Source: Lingula anatina
Lineage: Eukaryota; Animalia; Brachiopoda
DNA: 64,000 nt
Assembly (NCBI GenBank): GCA_051362555.1
Contig: CM120645.1
Location: 12,214,001 to 12,278,000, forward strand
Direction of reading: 5' to 3'
In this document: piece by piece, positions 12,163 through 26,638 of the stretch
How positions within the stretch are numbered: position 1 is the first letter of the stretch
Layout of the letters: every line of letters starts with the position of its first letter
The notes under the pieces: generated by a model
What the model was told of the DNA's origin: nothing
What the model saw: the letters and a program-made list of their open reading frames with translations, nothing else
Database searches by the model: none
Position numbers and translations under genes: made by a program

Positions 12163-12561
12163 AAGTTATTATTTTCAAACAATTTTGCACAAATTTCGTT
12201 TGTGGGGTTGCAATGAGAAACTACCCTTTTCTGCCTTGCATACAGGTTCTACTGATTGCATATCATGACAAATATTTTAGTAAATTTTCACGTTAACATT
12301 CTAAAACACAGCCATTAGTTGACCCAGTTATAAGAAATTGGTGATGAAGATCAAGGGAGCTGGTCATGTTATAACCACACTATGTGAACTCTTGCTTCTT
12401 ACGTGATACAATGTAACCCGGATACAACAGTTAAGGAAAATGCTTTTGGTATTTTGGTACTTTAAACGAATGAATAATAGGAACTAATACCTAGATAAAT
12501 AAAAAAATCAGTTTATAGATTTAATTAATACATTTAATAGAATGAAGAGGGGCTACCTTAC

Positions 12562-12702
12562 CAAATTTCCCTCGGTATTCGATGACACTTGGCAGACATT
12601 GTTATTAAGTTTGTCATCTGCTGGTAACGTCGAGGGTGAGCATTTCATATCTTTTCTCCAAATTCTGCTGGTATTGTTTTCGTGCCTATTTCCGGTGACG
12701 CG
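12562..12702 (-). promoter_or_regulatory. Putative promoter and non-coding first exon of the GAL3ST gene at 8642-10062
   Basis: Strong donor TTG/GTAAGG at 12562. Adjacent ETS-like CCGGAAAT and half-CRE TGACGC at 12688-12702. A matching acceptor (TAG CAG) at ~10144 precedes the ATG exon. Conserved in three copies. Confidence 0.45.
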
Positions 12703-13572
12703 AATGTGCTGTTAACCAATTTTGCGTTACCGAAAAAAAGGCACTTTACATGTAAATGTAGATGTGTGTAGCTTATTTGCTTTTAGGATATCTGTGGACT
12801 TGCAACAATAATACAGAAAAAATGTAATTGCCTTTATTTCAGTGCTAGTATACTTGTACAATGAGATGAGATACTACATGTTTAAGGTGGAGCAGTGCAA
12901 AGGTCTAGCAGCAACTCAAAGCATTATTTTTTCTGGTTAAATTTACGCACATTAACGCTGCTTACAGGGAACAAAGGTATATATTTCAAAAATCCACAGT
13001 ATTATGCCTCGCATCTTGTTATAATACGTGCAATAATATAATATACATGCAGTTCACTGAAATGTCGTAACAGCATTACATTGTACACATAAATATATTA
13101 CTGGTTATATATATAGTACATGATATAGATGGGTAAAGTTCTGATAAAAAAGAAATACAATAATAGCGGCACAGGATTTTGCGTAAATTTTCTTAAATAA
13201 ATATACTTGTAATGTAAAGTTATATTAGTTTGCTGAGAGGTAATTGCACACGAGTATATTGTATTAATGCTTACTCATGAAGTATATATGATGGGCCAAT
13301 GTACCATGCACTAGATCGCGCTTGCATGTGCACGCATTGTGGATAAAAGAAATCTTAAAAACATTAATAGTAAAACTGTTGCTACCTGGTTACACGTGTC
13401 TATACCTAACGGGTCCAGTCATAACTTGGGTTTATAATTTTATTTAGACGGAATGAGGAGGGCTGTTGCTCTTTTAAATATATTTAACGTGTAATTATGA
13501 TGTGTTAGTTCTTTCAGAAACTTAATCTAAATTAGTACGTATTCTCTGGGATACCGTCTTTTAACAAAGGTA

Positions 13573-14648
13573 CACACACTGGACAATAGAAGTGTCACCC
13601 CCTAACTCAGAGAAATAAAAGTAAGCAGATCTTGGGTAGTTATAATGCCTGGTCTACTTATAATATGACTCATGAGTATAAAACCGCTGTACCATGGAAT
13701 TGTATTGTTGGTCTTGTTCATGTACAAAAAAATGTTATTCCTGTCTTCCTCCAATATGGCAAAATATAGGCAATTATCTGACGGTTATAGGTGCAAGTTA
13801 TTAACCTGAAGAGGCGGAATATAAGCAATGTCAGAATATCGATACAATTGAATTGTTCAGTCAGAACCGTGCAGAGGGTCTGGTCTCGGTTTAGAAACAC
13901 TGGATCAAGAGACAAATTGCCTCTGATGGGTCGTCCAAGAAAAACTACTGGCCGTGAAGACCGACGACTGATTTTGATGTCCAGGTTGTCAAAGTTCGAC
14001 ACTGCCTGTCAATTGACAACACAGTGGAACAATTTCACACATAAGAATGTGTCTGTGAAAATTTCTAGGCGTCGGTTACGTGCTCATAGAGTGTACAGCA
14101 GGATAGCAAGACTGAAACCTCTTATATCGTTACAAAACATGCAACGTAGAGTGAACTAGGGTCAACCGGATCTGGAACTGGACAGTCCATGACAATTGGT
14201 CCTGTATATTTTTTTCTGATGAGTGTCGCTTTGGTCTGACCTCTGATGACAGACGGGTACGATGCTGGCGAACTGCTGGTAAAGCATTTAAACCACATGC
14301 ACTGAATTTTCGAACCCGGAGCAGCATATTCATTATGGTGTGGGGCTGCATCAGCATCCATGGCGTGGGCAAATTGATAGTGGTTGATGGAAACATGAAT
14401 CACTAGAAATATATCGATGTTTTGGAGTCAGGCTTGCTACCATCTATTAATAACATGTTTGGTAACAGGAATTATCAATTTGTCCACCAGGATGACAATG
14501 CTTCTTGTCACAGGCCCAGAGCAGTTGATGATTGGTTTGACCAACAGGACATTCGCAGGGTGGTGTGGCCTGCCCAGAGTCCGGATGCAAACATAATAGA
14601 AACTGTGTGGAATGATATGTCAAAACTTTTGACAAATGCCCGTCTAAC
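13573..14648 (+). mobile_element. Tc1 (DD34E) element, 3'-truncated and degenerate
   Basis: Inserted at a TA (empty sites at ~712 and ~33054). Motifs GRPRKTT, FSDECRF, MVWGCIS, QDDNASCH..WPAQSPDANIIE with 34 residues between D and E; stops and frameshifts; right end missing. Confidence 0.9.
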
Positions 14649-14649
14649 C

Positions 14650-17600
14650 AGCGAGGGACCTCAGTTTTCGGTGTCGGGGTTTCTTTTGAATTAGCAGTTG
14701 TGGAAGTTGAAATCTCCTTTTGGATGGGCGCACAGACTATACATGCACATAACAAAAGTCTCTGTATTCCAAACAGTATAACTAATGTGTCTCTTATTGC
14801 CATACCAAAGGTTTTGAAATTAACTATTAATATTATATTGATCTCTTTTAAAGACTTTGGCAACACTTGTTCCTCACAGTGCGTCTCAAGTCTAAATAAA
14901 CCACTGTGCAAGGAAACCTTCATCGTAAGATCAGTGGCATCGAATGGTTTCTTCAAGGTGTTTGTAATTTTGTTTGTAATTTTGTTTGAAAATCATCAGC
15001 CCATAAGATATTTAGAATAGTTTTAAAACAAGAGAAGTATGGATACCTTCTTTCGGGCTCCAAGAGGATGTATCCGTATCTGGGTGACAAACGGACGACA
15101 GATTCCGAGGATTGAGTTCACATGCCTCGTAGCACGTCCCATTTATCTTGCATTTGTCATTCTGGAAGCGAGGAAAATAATATATATCAGATTCTATAGG
15201 AAACAAAGTTCTACGAAGAAAGCTATGAATTGGAGAAAATATGCAATGATTATTCACTTGAAGTAGGACGTATCGATAGACTCTATACTTTTATACCTTT
15301 TTGAAGTAGACCAAATGCATTTGCGTTTAGGATTGACGTGGTTGAAAAAATGAGGGAGTAACCCCTCCCTCTATTGTATAAATTTTGCAACAATGTTGTT
15401 TGTTAAAAACACCATTAGTAATCGGTGAAAACCTGAACTTGGTCACATACAAGAATACTGAAAACCACCCGCTTTCCATTTGCTAAGGGCTCCTAAATAT
15501 GCAAGATGGTAACGCCCATCCTCACAAAGCACAAGCAATGACAGATGACTAGCAGAACAAAGAAGCTGAGCAGCTAACACAAGCATCAAGATCGTGAAGT
15601 ATGACCCCTTTTGAGAACCCTTTGCAGAATGGACCTTGCAGAATTTGGGGGCATTTATCATTGATGAATTTAATTATTGAACTGATGTCACAGTGACGAG
15701 AGTTTATTTTAATAAAAAACACAACATTTTTGCTTCAATAAAAATATTCCATTTTAAGCATCAATACTGTACCTTTAAAGACCAAGCATACACGTTGGTG
15801 GCAACATCACACACTTCACAGTCGAACCCGGGCCTGGTCGACCTGTCTGCGTGACAAGTACCTTCTATGAAACAGCTTCCATTCTACAAATAATTCCAAC
15901 AGGTTACATTATATGACGCTAATATTAATGAAGCCGCTTAGGAATACCAAACACTCCAAAAATGGTACTGAAAACAAGCCTGACCCTTGTGTAATATTGC
16001 AAACAGACATATAAAAAAAGAGTTATTGTGACAGATAAAATTCAAAATGTTTGAACAAAATGAGGGGTCGAGTGATATAACTCCGTATATTGATTTAGTA
16101 ACACCAACTTATATCTTAACCTCGTCTGTTTCATACCTTTACTGTCCATTCATTTTCGTTGATGTTAAAGTCGCAGTACAGGCAAGAGAATCCAGGTCTG
16201 ATGTTTCCATCTGGGTAACACACGCCATCTATCGAGCAGCTTGTAGCCTAATATATTGGTAAACATAGTAGTCTTGAAACATTTGTGATTAGATATAGGT
16301 GTTTGCATGATATTTTTAATCAAAGAAATTTAAGTGCAAATTAAAGCAAAATACACCACAATTAACAATATCCCTAGATACGACATTGTGTCTGTCTCAA
16401 CTCGTTATAGTCGAAACCATTATATACTGCTCAACAGAAGTCAGGGAGCACAAACGCCATTTAACATGCAAAAGTTGTCACCATACCTACTATTATTTAA
16501 ATTTGGCAATTCTAAAACAAAGTCATCATTCTGCATTGGGTGTTATTTCTACTTTAACTACTAGTATGTTGCAAAAAGAGAAATCTCTGCACTGATACAA
16601 GTAAAAGTTATGTTTATTTTGGGGACTAGATATGTAAATCCTTTGGGTAAAATTATTTGGCCTCCATTCTTCCCGGTAGTGATGCGCGGGAGAGGTTCTG
16701 GTGAATAGAGAACGTGCTTGCTATTATCAATGTGAAAAAGCAAGCGTAAGAAACACACAAGAGCTTTGACTGACACATTCTCCAGCTATGTCCTAACGGC
16801 ATGGTGTGGCAATGGTGGAAAGATGGGTGGTATAACCAACATTCCTAGTTCAGTTCGACCTTGTGTCACAACCCCACCTCAGGACATTTTCTTTATTTGT
16901 CACATATACGGAACCCTACTGTAACTGACAAGCTACTCAAGATACTACAAATATCCCCCAAAAGAACCACTCACGCTACATTTAATGACAGGCGGCGACC
17001 CCTCGTCCCCTCTCCCTTGGAGTGGGTTTCGGAGCCCACACACAAACACGCACACACATTTCAGTTCAATATCAGATCATATTGAACACTTTCGGCGTCG
17101 AAAATATCCCCGGGATGACCTTATCCGAAGTCAGTCATTATATACATGTATTATATTATTACGCACATGCATGAAATACTTCTGTGTGTCGACCATAACA
17201 GTAATATTTCTGTGACATACATACTTGAGTGAACCATCCCACAGCGTCGTAAGCGGGATCACAGCGTTGGCATGGATTATTAGGGTTTGTCTCGTTTGCA
17301 ACGTAACATTTTCCTTCGATGATACAGGTTTCGCTCTATGGTCAATATAACGATGATACAAATAAAAACCAATTCGTAATATAGCTCTATAAATCAATTA
17401 TATTTAACAAAATCTCAAAAAGGTTATAATATATACGTCATAACTAAGGGTGGTAAAATTAATATGTTTGATACTAAAGCACAATAGCAAGTTATTATAT
17501 TATAATGTTTGTTTGATTGTTTTTGTCTGTTTTTAGTTATTTTTTATGAACTACATGTCAGACATACCTTAAGCGAGCAACTGAACGTTGAATTGCAGTC

Positions 17601-20600
17601 AACACATTTAGAATCATAAACAAGGAGGTATTTGGGTTCGCTGAAGTTTTGAGCGTTATTGCTGACGCTCACTTCGTATCCCTCCGCGAGGACGGTCTCC
17701 TGGGGGACAGTGGGACTGGCCGCTCTCTTTTTCCTGGACAAAGTATGTGGCAAAGGGCACATTACCTCTTGCAGATGAATAAATTCTGCGGTAGTCTCAC
17801 TGTAGGTAGAAGATGGTACGACACCCGCATTTGTTACCTTAAGAAAGGAATGAAGATTCTACGTCAGTCTACAAGGTTAACTTCCACATGTATAGATTAA
17901 TGCATTTCAACAAAATATGATTAGTAATCGTGTTTACTATAAGCAAGCAATAATAACATTTACAATTGGTAAGAACACATATGTAATAAATGAACTTAAT
18001 AAAAGTCGTTTCACTGGTTATGGGTTAAATAAACCTTCTTATAATAATTCAGGAAATAAGTGCCGAATGCAAATACCTTAAAATGCTTAAATTTGCACGT
18101 AACGGCCACGCTCTTGATGAAGGACGAACAATAAACCGGCGTCTTTCTGCACGGCCTAGAGCGTTCATCACACAGCCCGGCACTAGGCAGCTCGAGGCAC
18201 ACCGGTGCTACGTTTATATCCATGGAGCAATCATAGCCATAATACGGGTCGACACAAGTACATGTTCCTGCAAATATATTCCGTACTGTTCTTAATACAT
18301 TAAAGGTATTATATACGGAAATTTCGGACAAATCAAATTTTCTCAAGAAAGAAAGCAATTTTCTCCTACTAGTGACTCATTTCTTAATCTGCCCCTGTCG
18401 ATTCTATAATTTATAGCACTACTAATAAAATAATTCAATCGTTTACACCGTCATGTACAATTCAGGAGTTAAAATTGACATCGAGCACTTTAATATGAGA
18501 AGTTTTGTCATTTCAGGGTCTCATACAACATTCAGCTTTGGTGGGTATGTAGACATGGGAAATATGACTTTGAGACATTGTGAATGTCGAAACTAGATCA
18601 TTTGTCATTGTTAGGTATGTAAACATTGTCGCTTACCCCAGGAAAATCCATTTGCCAAAAAAAAACAAGTGTTATCCGTTTGATAAGCACCTTTCACTGT
18701 TTTCAACTTTCTTGAAATCCAACCTTTTAATCCACCTAAAACGCAGGGCAAACATACCGGAACATTCTCGAAACATTTTATTTGAATTGAATTACTGCCT
18801 ACCGTTTGAGCAAACGCCGTGTCCGGAGCAGTTCCTTGGACAAAGGGCGGCCGCTATTGCGGCTGGCGGGACTGCAACGCTGGAACCGTTTTCTACTCAT
18901 GTCCACAGTGAAACATTCTTCGCTAACTCTGTCGCAATGGTTGCCACAAATCCGTCTCTTGTGTATTCGGCCCATTCTGTGCCTCCTGTCATCTGTTTAT
19001 AAGATACAAAGATAAACATGTTTCCTAGTGATTGATCTGACTGACATATAATTCAATCCATTAAATTGCACACAAACAGTGAACCAAACTTTGAACTGCA
19101 TATCCTCCCAAAGACATTCTTTCACCAAGAGAGCGCGTGGTATTAGTCATGATAGGGTGAAGAGTATATTAAAGCCGTTTGCATGGTAATACACTCTTGC
19201 TAAAATGATGGAATATTCCAACAGGATGTTAAAGGAAGCAAAGTCATCAAAAGAAACTGTGTGTTATTAATCTCGCGTAGCTGCCACGATTATGTCGCCT
19301 ATGCTTTGAGGAACTGCCTCGACCAGTGCCTGCAATTTTTGATGACTCTCTGGCTGAGATAACCCCAACCTTTGACAGTATGCGTGGTATACAATCTATC
19401 AACCGTTCGGTATTATCACGAAATCTCAAACACTTTCGTAACCTTAAATTTGTTATTGGGCAATACTACAACCAGGTAAGTGAAAGATTATGTAACAATC
19501 AACACAGTTAATTTTGAAATCATAATTAATATAATAATTTTCGAAAAATTCCAACATTTTTGCAAGAGTGTATACAGCAATTCTTACGGCAAGCCCCTGT
19601 CAATTTTCTTCGTGACTTTCGTATCACGTTAGAAAGTTTAACAAACCATATATTATAAAGTGCACATCTGGTGTCACTTAAGCTCGAGTACATATATTTT
19701 TCTCGGTCTTGTTATAAAATGAAGTTTCTTATGCTGTTGAATTGCCTATAAACGGACAACAATTACAAAAAATATGTTCATGTATAATTACCAGGATATC
19801 AGTCACACACCCGTCTATTAATGTGTCTTCGTCTAAATTCTCCATTATGGAAGCAGCTTCCCCAGTGGTTTCATCTACGATATAGCTGGTGCAGAAAGCT
19901 CTGGCCGATTCTTCAGTCCAACCATTTTTCCAAGTAAAACTCTTTAAACAAAAATTTAGTGTGTATTAAAAAAATTAACAGCAAGTTTCAATTATAATTA
20001 ACAGTTATCCAATTGGGGAAAAATAAAACCCAATACCACTTAATACTATTTAGAAATTTTCATAAAATAACCCAAATAAAAAGGCGATATTTTAAGGAAC
20101 ACCTTTATATAGAAGTGCATTCTTATAATATCACATATAATATCTTAGTCTGTCATTATCGCTCTGAAAATACGTGGTTTTGAATCAAAACAATCAAATC
20201 ATAGAAGATACACACGCTTCCTAAGTATCCTGTACACACGGGAATACTTACAAAAGCAGGTATAAAAAAAAGAAAGTTTACTGCTCAATAATTAACTGCG
20301 AACGTAAAAAAAATAATTTTTGTTATCCATCGCTTTATTGAATTGTGCATGGTGTTTGGAAGTTACTTTCAAGTGTCATTATGCAATGGAGTATAAAAAG
20401 GAAAGTGCTGAATTGTTCTTTTTTGTCGACACATGTTGCATAGTATACTGCCCTCCCAGGCTGCAATTTTACGAGGATGGCCCGTGCTGCTGCCTGGTTT
20501 GGGCGCGCTGCTTTGTACGAAACCGTTGGTTGATTTTCACAATGGTTTTGTGAAATTTATCACTGTGAAATTTAAAGAAGCGAATACATTAAGATTTTTT

Positions 20601-22529
20601 AAATGTTCTATTATTATTTGATGAAGTGTATAAGAATGGTTTCCGAGATATTCTGTCACCCATTTGTATATTTAAAAAGGCAAAAAAACATGAAAATGCA
20701 TCCTTACAGTGTTACTAGGGTCATAGTCTTCCTCCAAAAAGGTTCGCTCTTCAAGGATATAATCACTTCCTTCCAGGTCATCTCTCCTCTGCCTACACTG
20801 CCTCATACTGTGCTGTGTGGTTGTTATATCATCTTTTGTATCGGCACAGGACTGGACATTAACTATATAGCTACAGTTAGCGAATCTTTCCTCGTTAGAC
20901 GTGCCACTACATGTGCAGTAAGGGAAACGTTTCCGTCTTGTTCCCTCCGTCCCATTGTATAGACTTTCCTTGACCGATTTAACTCTATCAACATAAACAG
21001 ATTCAATTTTTTAACATAGTTATCGAAATTTGTGCTTATCAATTTGAAAGAGAGCTAGGTGACAGTGTTGTTGGTTTCCTTTCCGTTTATATGGCAGTGC
21101 GCAAAGTTACAAATGCCACCATATTTGTTGCAGTATACATATTTGGGAAGCAATTCTCTTATTTTCAAATAATTAAAATAATTAAAATTACTGATTCATA
21201 TGTGCACCTGCCATTTGCAATCCGTTCAATAATGACAGCACATCAATTTAACATTAAGATTTACCACCATGTCTGTTAAGTCTACAGGTAAAACCCTTTC
21301 ACATTATTTACCTCCATGCTTCTCTGAACTGTCGTTCGTTCCCGATCGGAGAACCAGTTCTGTCATAAAAGTCGTCTGTTTTATCGAAGTTCAAAGTACC
21401 ACATAGCCCTAATGTATTGCTATAGTCAAGTGTGCTTGCGTAAATGTGTATATAATTTATTCCAGCCTTTGCCCCCCTATTAAAGACTTGAACTTCGACG
21501 TGACCGGCAGTGGGTAAATGGATCTACCGAAAGAAGAATGAATGAGAGAATTAAAAACAATAACATCTATCACCATGTATGCTGTTCATTTTATTAACAT
21601 TTTCATGTTTTATGTGGAGGGGGAGAAGAAGGTAAAGCTGGTTCTTCTTTTGCAGTTAAGTTTGTCCATTGGGCCAATCAATCGGGGTCCTTTAACAATG
21701 CAGGCTGAGCGTTTTAGCAAGCCTTCTCCGATAATATTATTATACAGTGCACATCTGTGCTCAGATTGCCGAGATCCAAAGACATTAATTATCATTTCCC
21801 AGTTTTTCATTTCTATTGGATAAGTACATATACCATAAATTGGATATATCATTGTGCGTCTTGACAAAAATTGTTTGCTTTATATCAAGGCAAGATAAGC
21901 CATTTTGGGGTGAACTTTGACAAAATTATATTAACTGAGACAGAATATGTTTTGTTTTCAACATGCGTTTCCTTGAAATATCCAAAGCATCATACTAAAA
22001 GTTCCACAAAATCGGTTCTTGGGATATATGTATAATTTGCAAAAATCCAACATTAAGCCATGTGTCATTTAAATACACTTTCACTTAAATATCCTTAGTT
22101 TAAACTACTATTTCAGCTTTATTTTACAATTGACATTTGTCAGGCGTCCCTTTGCTGTCAATAATATTTTGGTTCCATCTTATAAATACAAAATGACAGC
22201 CAACAGGCAAAATAATTATATTTTTACAGATTTTTTACAACATTTTACTGAAAATGTTGGCTTATTTCACTTTTTAGACACTTTTCACTTCTAGAGACTT
22301 GATATTTTGATATTTATGGCCTATGTACTTACTTTGTACAGTCGCCCGTCTTTAAGCTGCTCAATGCGCATGGTCTCTCTTTCACAGCCGATCATGGAAA
22401 CACGGCATTTATTTTGTTTTGCTTACAGTAGTCAATTATGAATACATCGCTTTCAGACTTTACGGCCACTCCACAGTTACAGAATGGTGCGTTATTGTTG
22501 TTGTGGCAACTTCCGAAGAATGCATTTAC
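14650..22529 (-). pseudogene. Truncated paralog of the VWDE-like gene (11 exons, VWD to stalk; 5' half and TM/tail missing)
   Basis: Exons 22529-22333 (197 nt vs 198 nt in the paralog, 1-nt frameshift), 21523-21312, 20984-20708, 19941-19792, 18992-18803, 18267-18077, 17837-17568, 17335-17225, 15883-15773, 15161-15047, 14736-~14650. All are colinear with exons 46543-34447 except the extra exon 15883-15773. The last exon is fused to a Tc1 remnant. Confidence 0.82.
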
Positions 22530-22932
22530 CTGCAAACAGCAAGAAAGGACACTTACTTTCTGCGCAATCATGCATCTGGTCATGATATAATTGAATGGGT
22601 TTCTCCAAAATCGCTTTTTCAAATGGAATTCCTAACCAATTAATAGACAGAAAGACAGTGACATTCCAGTTTCGGCTTTTTATATGATTTCTTATTCTGT
22701 TTATTCAGTAGTATTTTCAACAACTATGACCCTATAATAACAAGAACAATAGAGCGATAGAAGTTTGTGAGATCGGCTTAACAAAAGATGTTTACGTCCA
22801 GTTCTACATAAATTCAAAGCAGTATATCTTGAAAAGCCAAGCAATTACGTCCATTCCTTTGAGTGAAGCAGTACATGTATATGTATTTCCATGCTTTTTC
22901 GAGACCTTCGTTCCCCATCACTTCCTGAAGCT

Positions 22933-23710
22933 TTAACAATGGGAATATATGCCCGATACTTGATTGCTGAGTTCTCTTTTGCAATCCTTAAAATGTTCAA
23001 GCTTACATTTGCTGAGCACCGCGATTGCTCGACGGAAGAGCGACACCTTACGATCAAAGTCTGACCCTTGCAACAAAACAGTGTTCCGTAATTTGGTAAG
23101 GAAGTGGTTATATAACTGATAGTCAGCTTTGCTCCACATCCTATGTTTCTTTATAGTCCTTTCATCGTTCATGTTTTTTGTATTCATATTCCTGTTTGTT
23201 TCTTACAGCATATAAGATGTCGTCCATGCCTCAGCATAGCAAGCGGCGTAGTAACACCAAACTTTCATTCAACATTTCTAAGACGATTACAAAATCGAAT
23301 TTCTGTTCCAAAAACCCGATGTATTCAGCAATAAATCTGTCGTTGTTCCTGAGATCAGTTCTATCATCTGGAAATCCGTACTCATACATCATGCCGTTTC
23401 TCAAGAACCCAACGTGGCTTGTGACATAGTCGTCGGTCCAATACTTGTATGGATTTTCCATAAATTCCACGATAGGGTTCGTGGAGTTTTTCATATTGAT
23501 TATCTCCGCAATACGAAAAAAACTGAAGGCGCTTTGAAACTGTGAAAGTGGTTCGCGAACTATTCCGACATAAAATGTATCATTTGGCATCATGCTTTCT
23601 ATCACTTTTGAGTCAAAAACCATATGTTTGTAAATCATGATATCATACGTAGGTTATAGTTGGCGTCGTTCACGGTTATTTTCCTACGGATCATATCCCT
23701 TCTAGATGTC
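22933..23710 (-). pseudogene. 5'-truncated GAL3ST-like pseudogene
   Basis: Same truncation point as 1978-2978. W->TGA stop at 23231 (LRRLLC*) and a further frameshift; C-terminus KCKLEHFKDCKRELSNQVSGIYSHC differs from the intact copy. Confidence 0.85.
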
Positions 23711-24606
23711 TTTTAATGGCTATTGTATGACATAGAATAGGCAATGAATTTTTGTTTGCTTGTTGAATTTGATTAATGAACCAATGTCACAATGACATCA
23801 AAGAGATAATTAAAAGTCATTAAAACAGGATTTTAATCCTTATTTTCATTTATCAGTCAGCAAAATAGGAAAAAACTGATAAAAAAGATTTGGCAAAAAT
23901 TCCATATTAAATGTCATGTCTATATATGCATTAGGTTTAGCATCCCCTTTAGACATATTGACTTTCTAATTAAAATAACACATTGATTCTGTTTATATAT
24001 TCCAAAAATCCATTATGCCTCACATTTTGTTATCATTTAAAAAAAGAAATACAAAAATAGCTGCACAGGATTTTGCTTAAACGCAAGAGAATATAAACAA
24101 TTTTGAAAAATGTTCCACTGGCAACTTTATTTTATATGAGTACCAGTCATTAATGCTTATATATACATGAAGTTGATGTGTAGGGCACTAAATCGCGCAT
24201 ATGTGCAAGCATGCTGGGTTTGTAACAGCATTGTAACAAGGTTATGTTGCAATAAAACAGGCACGAATAATAATGGTACTGAATAATTAACTGCAACCAT
24301 GTATTTGAATCGTCTTTCTCTCGGAAAAATAGATGCAATTTAGAGCAGTGCACATTATGCACAGTTATCAATTGAATGTGAGATAGGATGAATAAAATCT
24401 TCAAAGTCTGTTACAGTGCCGCCTGAAATTCCCCTTACTTACTCTGTGGGTCGCTGCGGGTTGTTCAGACGGCCTGGCTCGGTAACTATGGAAATAACAT
24501 TGTCATCCATGCGCTGTTTGGTTTCTGTTAACAATAGTGCCATGCCATGCCCGTCGGGTAATTATCGTGACAAACTTTCTGCTAACAAAAGAGCCTAACC
24601 CTAGCT

Positions 24607-26638
24607 TGCGGTGGCCCACAAGTGCACTCCAAATTCCAAACGACACTCCCAATTCTAAACCTCACTCCGAATATTTAAACTTCACTCTCAATTCTTAAAC
24701 CTCACTCCGAATATTTAAACTTCACTCTCAATTCTTAAACCTCACTCCGAATATTTAAACTTCACTCTCAATTCTTAAACCTCACTCCGAATTCGTAAAC
24801 CCCACTCCGAATTCGTAAACCTCACTCCGAATTCGTAAACCTCACTCCGAATTGAAAAAGCTCACTCCAATCGCAAACCTCACTCCGAATTCGTAAACGT
24901 CACTCCGAATTCAAAAAGCTCACTCCCAATTCCACTATGCCAATTCTCATCAAAGTTCTCTTCGAGAAATCTTATGAAACAGTAATTCGTCTGGGACAAA
25001 TAATTTTTTTCTTTAGCTGGGCGCTTCCAGTGAAAGGTTCGAGAGAGTTTTAGCAAACAGTGCGAATTGTGTTACATTTTGGTTTGCGTGATACATACCT
25101 TACGAAAATAAACCAACAGTTTACGTCACAAGGTCAATTGACTTCTCCAGCTATTTTCAGTATTTTTCACAATTACACACACACACATACACACACTCTC
25201 TCTCGCCAGGGACACAAATTGGGGGCAAGAAGCAATTTACAGGTTTACCATTATAAATAAAAGGACAAATTTAGTGACACTGCTCCCAATTTTCTCAACA
25301 TAGGATTGATACTACTAATAATCCATACATGTCAGGGGTGGATCCAGGATTATTTGAAGGGGGATCTGTTTTTTTTTTGTTTTTTGTTTTTTGTTGTTTT
25401 TTTTTGGAATGGCAGGCTGCACATGCAGAGCTGCCCCCCCCCCCCCCCTTATAGGGCGAACAGTGCTATTTGGTACATTTTAGAACTATTATTCAAAATT
25501 CTAATTTTAACATTGGTGTGATTTTTTTTTTACAGAATTCAAAAGGGGGGTCAAGACCCCCCTCACACGCCTCACCCCCCCCACATCCACCACTGCATGT
25601 TATTCATTCGAAATCGATTAATAAAGTGTAATTAATCTGATTAATTTCAATTATTAGATTATCTATGATCTTAGATGAATATTTCAGCTGCAAAAGAGTG
25701 AGGGGCTACTAATTACTATTATCAAGTATACTCGGTTATATAACAGGTACATGTGTAGGCCTACAGTATATGATAATACGGATTGTTTTGCCCATTTATA
25801 AATAATATAAGCCAATGTCGACACCCTGAAACATGTTATCTGTATTAAACATTCATTTCAAAATAATCATGTGAAAATGCTTGAAGTTGTAAATAATAAA
25901 TAACGCACGTTTATTTACATACATGTAGTGCATAAATCTGTTCCTTCCAACGCTGTTTCAACTCGTAATTCTGTTCTCATATTCATAATACATGTATAAA
26001 CCCTTAAAACGACACACACAAGAAAACACGTAGACATAATATATTTTAATTGTGACTTGCTGTTAAGTACATGTATGTTTATCCCTATTTTCTTCATTTC
26101 TTCTATTTCCTTGAGCTTAAAAGGGTCATACGTCTACGTCATCATTTTGTGAATGGGAATACAGCGCACCAAGTAGTATGAAAAATAACTAGTTTTCACA
26201 CGAAGCCCTCTATTGGCAAAATCCCCTAGCCCATCTTAGAATATTACTTCCGACTTTATACGGCGGGGTTAAAATCAGAGTGAGGTTTACGAATTCGGAG
26301 TGAGCTTTTTCAATTCGGAGTGAGGTTTACGAATTCGGAGTGAGCTTTTTCAATTCGGAGTGAGGTTTACGAATTCGGAGTGAGGTTTGCGAATTCGGAG
26401 TGGGGTTTACGAATTCGGAGTGAGGTTTAAGAATTGAGAGTGAAGTTAAAATATTCGGAGTGAATTTTAAGAATTGAGAGTGAAGTTTAAATATTCGGAG
26501 TAAGGTTTAAGAATTGAGAGTGAAGTTTAAATATTCGGAGTGAGGTTTAAGAATTGAGAGTGAAGTTTAAATATTCTGAGTGAGGTTTAGAATTGGGAGT
26601 GTCGTTTGGAATTTGGAGTGCACTTGTGGGCCACCGCA
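24607..26638. mobile_element. Duplicate IS3EU-like foldback element
   Basis: Same TIR and CTAGCT TSD; fewer 20-bp units. Confidence 0.85.

Larger units (their letters stand above)
1920..13570 (+). repeat. Segmental duplication, copy 1 (direct repeat of 22878-33054)
   Basis: Colinear and near-identical over about 10 kb; differs by three TE insertions, minisatellite copy number and small indels. Confidence 0.93.

Noticed and set aside
12562-12648. Upstream ORF MKCSPSTLPADDKLNNNVCQVSSNTEGNL in the putative first exon
   Set aside because: Interrupted by TAA in the copies at ~32090 and ~7, and it stops soon after splicing; not conserved
16700-16870. HILQLCP-like peptide suggesting a LINE 3' fragment
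   Set aside because: Too short and degenerate to support a call
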